A DNA stretch of 64,000 bases, taken from assembly GCA_034520665.1 (NCBI GenBank), contig JAXHNJ010000001.1, forward strand, positions 194,579-258,578, written 5' to 3'. Shown here in pieces: positions 57,786 to 64,000 of this stretch. The DNA is from Patescibacteria group bacterium. GTDB taxonomy: Bacteria > Patescibacteriota > Patescibacteriia > JAXHNJ01. Positions within the stretch are counted from its first letter, which is position 1. The number at the start of each line of letters is the position of its first letter. The translations under genes were made by a program, and so were the position numbers. The notes under the pieces are model-generated. The model was not told the DNA's origin and ran no database searches. It saw nothing but the letters and a program-made list of their open reading frames with translations.

Positions 57786-58421
57786 ATGAAATACAAGTCA
57801 AAAACTAATTTGCTTGAAGAGTTAAAATCTTTACCTTATTTTACTAAAGAACGTATTTATCAATTAGGTAAAAACGATAAGATTTATAATTTAAAAAATA
57901 GCACTTTAGATACCTATATAAGCCGATATTTAAAAAATAGAGAAATTATTGCCTTAAAAAGAGGTATGTATATATCTAATAATTTTTACCATAAAAATAG
58001 TGATGATCTTTCTTATATATACTTTTTAGCAAATATTATCAGAAAACCTTCATACATTAGTTCGTGGACGGCTCTAGAGTATTATGGTTTATCTACAGAA
58101 GTAATAAATAGTACTATTTCAGTAACAACAAAGGTAACTAGAAATTATGAAACTAAAATTGGAAATTTTACCTATAAATCTATAAAAAATGATTTATTTA
58201 CCAATTTTTCCTTAATAAATAAAAAATTTAATTTTTATATTGCCCCACCCTCAAAAGCACTTTTTGACATGCTATATTTTAAAACACGTCAATATAAAGA
58301 CGTAAAATATCATGATATAGATCTATTGATTAAAGAGTTACGTGTTGATATTAAGTCAATGGATAAAAAAGAGGTAAAAAAATTTAATTTAATGATAAAA
58401 GATTACTATGATTATGGATAA
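57786..58421 (+). CDS. AbiEi-like antitoxin / transcriptional regulator (type IV TA)
   Basis: N-terminal wHTH with ...YISRYLKNREIIALKRGMYIS (AbiEi-type LxxxGxLxRLxRGxY). Overlaps the downstream gene by 14 bp. Confidence 0.5.
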   Translation: MKYKSKTNLLEELKSLPYFTKERIYQLGKNDKIYNLKNSTLDTYISRYLKNREIIALKRGMYISNNFYHKNSDDLSYIYFLANIIRKPSYISSWTALEYYGLSTEVINSTISVTTKVTRNYETKIGNFTYKSIKNDLFTNFSLINKKFNFYIAPPSKALFDMLYFKTRQYKDVKYHDIDLLIKELRVDIKSMDKKEVKKFNLMIKDYYDYG

Positions 58422-59706
58422 TCAAATTATTTTATTAATTAAAAAAAAGCTACGAGAAATACCTGTTACTAGTGGACCGGTAGCTTTAATAAAAAGAAAT
58501 TCCGCTAAGGAGCAATTACAATATTATGTTTTAAACTTTATTTATAATAATTCTAAATATAATAAGTGGATTATGTATGGTGGATCAGCTCTTCGTATTT
58601 GTCACAAATTAAATAGAATGTCAGTAGACTTAGATTTTGAAGTTAATCATAAAATTACTAATAAATTTTTAGGTGATTTTGAAAGTAAGATAGTTTCTTA
58701 TTTTAAAAATGATTATAATGTTGATTCAGGAATACTTACTACTAGTATTAATAATAAAAGAGGTATTACATTAAAGTTTAAAATTGGAGATAAGATTGGA
58801 TTGAATTTTGCTTCAAAGATTGTAAAAGTTAAGATTGACTTGAATTATTTTAAAGTTCCTGAAACTGTCGTGGTAGAAAATCATCCTATTAATGAAGATC
58901 AATTTTCTTTTATTATCAGAACATACAACATGTCTGCCTTAATGTCCAGTAAAATAGCGGCTATTTTTTTACGTGGTAAACGTGGAGTGGGAAAAGAAAT
59001 TTATAAAGAAAAAGGCAGGGACATTTATGATTTATTGTGGTATATGTCAAAAAAAACTATTCCCGATTTGGATTATTTAAATGCCAAGAAAATTAATTTT
59101 AATAATCCAAAAGATCTTTTTGATAAGTTAACTGTTAAGATATTAAATAATAAAAAAACAGATAAAAATCTTAAACAAGATTTACCGCCTCTTTTTTTAG
59201 ATCAAGCATATATAAATAACTGGATTAATAATTGGCGAGATAGCTACTTATATTTATTAAAAGAATATAAATTTTCAAGTGTGAAAGATTTAAAAAAAAT
59301 AGAAGTAATTCAAGATTTTTCTACGGGTATATATTCATTTGTATATTTTTATAACAGTAAGGAAAGTACTCTAATAAGAATAATATTTAATATTAGTGAA
59401 TATTGGATTGATTTTAAAGAGGGAAATTTATCCATTGAAATTAGTAAAAATGTTAAAGACCATTTTGATTTTAAAACTAGAGTAATTACTAATCGCCCCT
59501 CATCTAAAAAGAAATTGATGCAATATGCTGAATTATTTCTTCGAAAAACTGAAAAATATTTCAAAAAGTCTAACAATATAATTATGAACAACACTATTTC
59601 TACTAAGGTTATTCGCATGACATCTGATAATTTAAAATTAGAAAAAGAAATTCTGTTAAATAAAGAGACTCTTATTAAATGTGAATTAGAAGACTTATTG
59701 CCGTAA
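58408..59706 (+). CDS. AbiEii/AbiGii-family nucleotidyltransferase toxin
   Basis: KWIMYGGSALRICHKLNRMSVDLDFEV matches the GG(T/S)AL...R.S.DlDf nucleotidyltransferase signature of AbiEii. Confidence 0.6.
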   Translation: MIMDNQIILLIKKKLREIPVTSGPVALIKRNSAKEQLQYYVLNFIYNNSKYNKWIMYGGSALRICHKLNRMSVDLDFEVNHKITNKFLGDFESKIVSYFKNDYNVDSGILTTSINNKRGITLKFKIGDKIGLNFASKIVKVKIDLNYFKVPETVVVENHPINEDQFSFIIRTYNMSALMSSKIAAIFLRGKRGVGKEIYKEKGRDIYDLLWYMSKKTIPDLDYLNAKKINFNNPKDLFDKLTVKILNNKKTDKNLKQDLPPLFLDQAYINNWINNWRDSYLYLLKEYKFSSVKDLKKIEVIQDFSTGIYSFVYFYNSKESTLIRIIFNISEYWIDFKEGNLSIEISKNVKDHFDFKTRVITNRPSSKKKLMQYAELFLRKTEKYFKKSNNIIMNNTISTKVIRMTSDNLKLEKEILLNKETLIKCELEDLLP

Positions 59707-59745
59707 AATCTTTAGAAATAGAAATTAATAATTTGTTAAAATAAC

Positions 59746-60300
59746 ATGAAAGCTTTAATCTTGCCTGGTAATAACAATACTTTAATCACCAACAATTGGT
59801 ATCTTTTTGTTAAAGAAAAATTAGAAAAACTGGGTCTAGAAATCACAGCCAAAAATATGCCGGATCCGAAATAGCCCACCGAAAAATTTGGTTGCTCTTT
59901 ATAAAAAAGAGACTTGAGGGAGACGAAAATTCCATTTTAATTGACCACTCCACTGGAGCGGTAGCCACTTTGCGTTATCTTGAAAAAAATAAATGCCGTT
60001 TGGTAATATTAGTATCTTGTTATTATACTGATCTTGATGATAAAATGAAAAAAAAGTGGTTATTTTGATGATCCTTGGTTATGGAAGAAAATAAAAAATA
60101 ATGCTGGGAAAATAGTTATTTTTACCTCAAGGGATGACCCTTATATTCCTATTGACCAACCGCGTTTAATTAAAGAAAAAGTTGAGGCCGAGTATCGTGA
60201 ATACAAAGATGAAAAACTTTTTGGTATGAATAGGAAAAAAGAATTTCCTGAAATTATAACGGTTGTTAAAAAAATGATAGAAAATCATAAAGAAAAATAA
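59746..60300 (+). pseudogene. frameshifted remnant of an alpha/beta serine hydrolase (YdeN/RBBP9-like)
   Basis: MKALILPGNNNTLITNNWYLFVKEKLEKLGLEITAKNMPDPK* is followed in other frames by ...LIDHSTGAVATLRYLEKNKCRLVILVS... and ...GKIVIFTSRDDPYIPIDQPRLIKEKVEAEYREYKDEKLF.... At least two frameshifts. No ORF of 60 aa or more survives. Confidence 0.55.
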
Positions 60301-60302
60301 AT

Positions 60303-60485
60303 GACTATTTTCAGGATTTTTTGAGAAAAGGGGAGTAGGAGAAGAGGTTTTTTTATTGGTAAAAAAAATGGTAAACTATAAACAGTTTCGGATTATATAA
60401 TGGTTTAATAAAAATTCGCATAATAAACAAATTTGAGGTGATTATACGAAATTAATTCGTATAATAACGAGTTGTCAGAAATTTT
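60303..60485 (+). repeat. ~180-bp segmental repeat, copy 2 (see 50708..50890)
   Basis: ~93% identical to 50708-50890, including the promoter-like ttattggtaaaaaaaatggtaaactataaa and the 59-bp palindromic element. Confidence 0.75.
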
Positions 60486-60504
60486 TAAAAAATTATAAAT
60501 TCTT

Positions 60505-60951
60505 ATGAAATATACAATAACAGTCGGTGTTTTTGGGATAATTACAAACGAACAAGATAAGGTTTTGCTTTGTCATCGCAATGACTATGATTTATGGAAT
60601 CTACCAGGTGGCGGACTTGAAAAAGGCGAAACTCCTTGGGAGTGTATTGTCCGTGAGTCTAAAGAAGAAACGGGTTTAGATGTGAAAGTTTCTCGTCTTA
60701 TGGGTATTTACAGCAAACCTCATAAAGATGAAGTAGTTTTTATGTTCGTTTGTAATGTTATCGATGGTAAACTAACACTGAATGAAGAAGCGAGAGATTT
60801 AAGATATTTTGCTCTTAACGAAATCCCAAAAAACACCGTTCCAAAACAGGTCGAGAGATTAAAACATTATTTCGAGGATAAAGAGAAAATATATTTAAAA
60901 GAGCAAAGAGGAAAATCAGCTATTGATATGGTTAAAGAGGGGAATTTATAA
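60505..60951 (+). CDS. NUDIX hydrolase
   Basis: GGGLEKGETPWECIVRESKEETGL is a canonical Nudix box. Confidence 0.8.
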   Translation: MKYTITVGVFGIITNEQDKVLLCHRNDYDLWNLPGGGLEKGETPWECIVRESKEETGLDVKVSRLMGIYSKPHKDEVVFMFVCNVIDGKLTLNEEARDLRYFALNEIPKNTVPKQVERLKHYFEDKEKIYLKEQRGKSAIDMVKEGNL

Positions 60952-60989
60952 TTTTTTTAAAACTGCTCCGCTATCGCTCCGTTCGGCTC

Positions 60990-61079
60990 GTCTAACAGAA
61001 GTATATGCGGTTCGCTCGTTGCCCTTCGCTCTCCCAAATTTTTGCTTCGCAAAAACTTCTCTTAATCCCGATGTTATAT
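60990..61079 (+). repeat. attC-like site
   Basis: GTCTAAC-agaa-GTATATGCGG ... cccgat-GTTATAT. Same family as 38579 and 40664. Confidence 0.5.
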
Positions 61080-61167
61080 GACATATTTTTCTAAAAATTT
61101 TTCTTTATTGATATAATTTAAGGTAGAAATTTTGATTTAATTTTATTTAAGAGGGAGATTCAATAAG

Positions 61168-62223
61168 GTGTTTTCATTTGCTCCGCTAACACTTAAAGCA
61201 AGTGAAAACGAGTCAATAAATTTTATGATGAACACACCAGAAAATTTTTCCAAACCACCACAACAAGAGCTGCTTCCTAATATAGAGGCTGAAAAAAAAC
61301 CTCATTATATTATTATGATAACCAGACATGCTGAACGCCTGCCATCTGGTGAATTAAGCCCCGAGGGTATTGCCCATGCAAAAGTTAAGGGCGAGAAGTT
61401 AAAAGATGTTGAAGTGCTAAAATCATACGCGAGCGACCATCCGAGCGCGAGGACATATGAAACAGCGGAAAATATCGGCAGTGAAGCGGATATTAAATCG
61501 CCATTGACTGGTGAACGCTATAAGACAAAAAAAGTTAAAGGTATCCAATATGATGTTCTTGACCCGGTAATTTTGAAAGATGCTAAACTGTCGATTGATG
61601 AAAATACTTTAAAAGAAATTGACAGAGATCACCCTGAATTGACACAATCAATAAATTTAGCGTTAGCAGAAGGCGCGCCAACTAAAATTAATTCACAAGG
61701 GGAAACAATGGTGGATATTGAAAAATTACCAAAAAATATTCAGCAACAAATCGCGCCAATCAGACAAAAAAACCAAAAACTTGCCTTTGAAAAAATACTT
61801 AATAATCCCGAAGCTGTACAAAGCATGATGGCCGGTTTATCGCATCAAATTTTTGAAAAAGAATTAATATTAGATAGATACGCAAGAGTCAGAAAGAAAA
61901 AAGAGCAACCACCCAAAAAAGATGTGGTTATAAATATTAACACCCATGGATTATTTATTGAGTCTCTACTGAAAAATACGGGGATATTCGTCAAACCAAA
62001 CGGCGAGGATGTTTCTGGTATTGACAATATGGACAGCGATGAACTTGGGGACTACATCCAGCCAGCTGAATCAATCTATTTGGATATCGGTACCGATCCG
62101 CATAATATTCCTGAACGTATACCTGTAATTTTTGAAAGCGAGCGAGACGTCAAGGGTAAGGTTTATATAGATAGCGCAAAATTAGAGCAGTATAGTAAAC
62201 ATTATAAAGCAGAAGTAAAATAA
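61168..62223 (+). CDS. cassette ORF: hypothetical protein, possible histidine-phosphatase-superfamily (GTG start)
   Basis: ITRHAERLPSGELSPEGIAHA resembles the RHxxR...LTxxG motif of PGAM-like phosphatases. RBS gagggag lies 11 nt upstream of the GTG. Confidence 0.3.
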   Translation: MFSFAPLTLKASENESINFMMNTPENFSKPPQQELLPNIEAEKKPHYIIMITRHAERLPSGELSPEGIAHAKVKGEKLKDVEVLKSYASDHPSARTYETAENIGSEADIKSPLTGERYKTKKVKGIQYDVLDPVILKDAKLSIDENTLKEIDRDHPELTQSINLALAEGAPTKINSQGETMVDIEKLPKNIQQQIAPIRQKNQKLAFEKILNNPEAVQSMMAGLSHQIFEKELILDRYARVRKKKEQPPKKDVVININTHGLFIESLLKNTGIFVKPNGEDVSGIDNMDSDELGDYIQPAESIYLDIGTDPHNIPERIPVIFESERDVKGKVYIDSAKLEQYSKHYKAEVK

Positions 62224-62227
62224 TATC

Positions 62228-63751
62228 ATGACTAAAATTTTAAAAAGCGATCAAATTATCAATGGCATGATAAATACCAAATGGTATTTTTTGACAAAGC
62301 GACCAGATATACCACCTTTGCCTGTTTGGTATAAAATGAAATATAGCGCTTTAAGAAAAGAGAATAAAAAAATTTACGGTACTGGCATCCCGTGGGCTTG
62401 CTTTTGGTATAACAATAATACTGAGTTGTATTTGCATGGGGATGAGTATAAAACCGCAATCCAAAATGCCACGAAAATATTATATTCGAAACAAAAATTA
62501 AACAAGCATTTATTAATGCTAAAACAATCCTGCCACGATGCTAAAAAGGCGGCGGCTATTTTTAACAGGTGCCACTGGGAAAGTTATGATAATGTTAAAA
62601 TTTACAATCTGTACAAAACAGTTGTTGATAAATATGTTTTATTGTATATTTACGGCTTTATAACTTGGTGTACGCTGGTATTGCAAAATGACGCATATAA
62701 AATTGTTACCGATCATAAAAAAGAATTAGAGAATATTACTCTTACTCCGGATCAAGCGCTTGGCATCCTAATTGTTCCCGATGATACTACTATATATCAA
62801 GAAAAGGAGGAAAAATTAGCTAAATTATCAAAAAAATATAGGCGCACGGTAGCCGGATATAAGAGTGAAAAATATTTATCAGATAATCACCATCAACTAA
62901 ACAAAGAAATAAAAAAATTTATCAAACAGTACTGCTGGGTTGGCTTTAATTATGTCGGTCCGGCGCTGGATTATAAAACTGTAGTAAAAGAGTTATTACA
63001 AGCACACGATAATACCAAACAAAAAACACCAACTAAAAAAGAAATTCACAAAATTTGTAAATTTAACGAAAGAGAAAAGCACATTTTTTACGCCCTTGAA
63101 ATGATTTCTTATACCAAAGATTTAAGAAATACGACTGATGATTATATCCATTATTGTTTCAGCATTTTTTACGATGAAATCTCAAAACGAACCGGACTAA
63201 CAAAAACAGACATTCAATTTTTATGGGATAATGAACTGGAAAAATTATTAAAGAGTGATAACAATATTAGTCGGCCATATATTCAAAAGAAAAGGAAATT
63301 TTGCGCGGCCTTTGCTTTACTAAAATCCTTAAAGATGAAAGAATATTATATCGGCCACGAAGCCAGCAAGAAAAGGGAATTCGTCTTTAAAAATAGTAAT
63401 CAAATATTAGAAAAAATATCGCAAAATATTATTAAAGGTACAATAGCGTCGACTGGTGTGGTGACCGGAAAAGTAAAAATTATTAATAATATTAAAGAGG
63501 TTAAGAAGGTTAAGAAAGGCGATATTTTAGTTACAGGTATGACCAGCCCTAAATATATGTCCGCGATTTACAATTCAAACGCAATTATCACTGATGACGG
63601 AGGATTGACTTGTCACGCGGCAATTATCGCAAGAGAACTTAAAAAACCATGCATTATTGGAACCAAAACCGCTACCCGAGTATTAAAGGACGGTGATTTA
63701 GTCGAAGTTGATGCTAATAATGGAATAGTTAAAATTATCCAACGAAAATAA
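62228..63751 (+). CDS. PEP-utilising-enzyme mobile (phosphohistidine) domain protein with unknown N-terminal domain
   Basis: C-terminal ...GMTSPKYMSAIYNSNAIITDDGGLTCHAAIIARELKKPCIIG matches the PEP-utilizers swivel domain (GGxT(S/C)HAAIIARExGxP). Confidence 0.55.
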   Translation: MTKILKSDQIINGMINTKWYFLTKRPDIPPLPVWYKMKYSALRKENKKIYGTGIPWACFWYNNNTELYLHGDEYKTAIQNATKILYSKQKLNKHLLMLKQSCHDAKKAAAIFNRCHWESYDNVKIYNLYKTVVDKYVLLYIYGFITWCTLVLQNDAYKIVTDHKKELENITLTPDQALGILIVPDDTTIYQEKEEKLAKLSKKYRRTVAGYKSEKYLSDNHHQLNKEIKKFIKQYCWVGFNYVGPALDYKTVVKELLQAHDNTKQKTPTKKEIHKICKFNEREKHIFYALEMISYTKDLRNTTDDYIHYCFSIFYDEISKRTGLTKTDIQFLWDNELEKLLKSDNNISRPYIQKKRKFCAAFALLKSLKMKEYYIGHEASKKREFVFKNSNQILEKISQNIIKGTIASTGVVTGKVKIINNIKEVKKVKKGDILVTGMTSPKYMSAIYNSNAIITDDGGLTCHAAIIARELKKPCIIGTKTATRVLKDGDLVEVDANNGIVKIIQRK

Positions 63752-63869
63752 TAAGGTGTCTTGGCTCAAAAAATTCATCCCTAATTCCTTTTTATTTTTC
63801 AAAACGAAAAAAATAAATTTTCTTTTGAAGATAAAAAATCTCTCTGCAAATGAATAATAAGGATAAAAA

Positions 63870-63935
63870 AATGACTTCTCCATTTCACTCCGTTTCGCTC
63901 CGCAAAACATCAGATATAGGCAAACCTTGTGCCAG
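63870..63935 (+). repeat. degenerate attC-like remnant
   Basis: catcagatataggcaaaccttgtgcc parallels catcagatatacgcaaacgttaggc at 40012-40035. Confidence 0.3.
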
Positions 63936-64000
63936 GCCTCATTTCTTGCCAAGAGGATTTTTTTCTTAAATTGAACATAATAAGATATTATATTAAAATG

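Larger units (their letters stand above)
32351..64000 (+). mobile_element. integron-like gene-cassette array (at least 25 attC-like sites, all cassettes co-directional; no intI in window; continues past window end)
   Basis: Unidirectional ORFs are separated by degenerate imperfect palindromes with YYTAAC...GTTRRRY termini and co-varying inner repeats. Cassette 5' boundaries are complementary to the R'' end of the same cassette's element (see findings). Confidence 0.6.

Noticed and set aside
33241-63960. The repeated intergenic elements considered as a CRISPR array
   Set aside because: Repeat units are imperfect and of variable length (60-200 bp) and are separated by full-length genes of 0.3-2.3 kb. 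There is no constant repeat or spacer periodicity.

Overview
The window is AT-rich (~33% GC) and has the gene content and style of a small-genome Patescibacteria/CPR-like bacterium; that taxonomic placement is inference. The first half (1-32.3 kb) is ordinary core genome: Fpg/Nei C-terminus, uppP, and a giant cell-surface protein locus (1568-aa repeat protein, a 343-aa partner and a CAP/YkwD-domain protein). Next come pcm, a ManC-like nucleotidyltransferase, mltG, a high-GC secreted-protein island, GDPD and a pyrH-like kinase. A heliorhodopsin sits next to a T4-DenV-like pyrimidine-dimer glycosylase. Then follow rplJ-rplL, a membrane PP2C phosphatase, several hydrolases, tsaB, and the dcw genes mraZ-rsmH-ftsL-ftsI-murF. 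The second half (32.4-64 kb) is the most notable part. After murF there is a strictly co-directional array of at least 29 ORFs. Nearly every ORF is followed by a degenerate 60-200 bp imperfect palindromic element. These elements start with a YYTAAC box and end with a GTTAGGC/GTTATAY box, and their inner inverted repeats differ from copy to copy but stay mutually complementary. In at least four cassettes, the 5' end of the ORF unit is the reverse complement of the left end of the element downstream of that same ORF. This is the architecture of integron gene cassettes with attC sites. No integrase gene is present in the window. Cargo includes Fic, an AbiEi/AbiEii pair, HD and NUDIX hydrolases, methyltransferases, an M15 peptidase, an orphan GAF histidine kinase, an AsnB-like enzyme, many small membrane or Cys-rich proteins and a frameshifted hydrolase pseudogene. 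Two further repeat families punctuate the array: a 59-bp palindromic element in three copies and a 180-bp segmental duplication. No rRNA, tRNA or CRISPR array was recognised.
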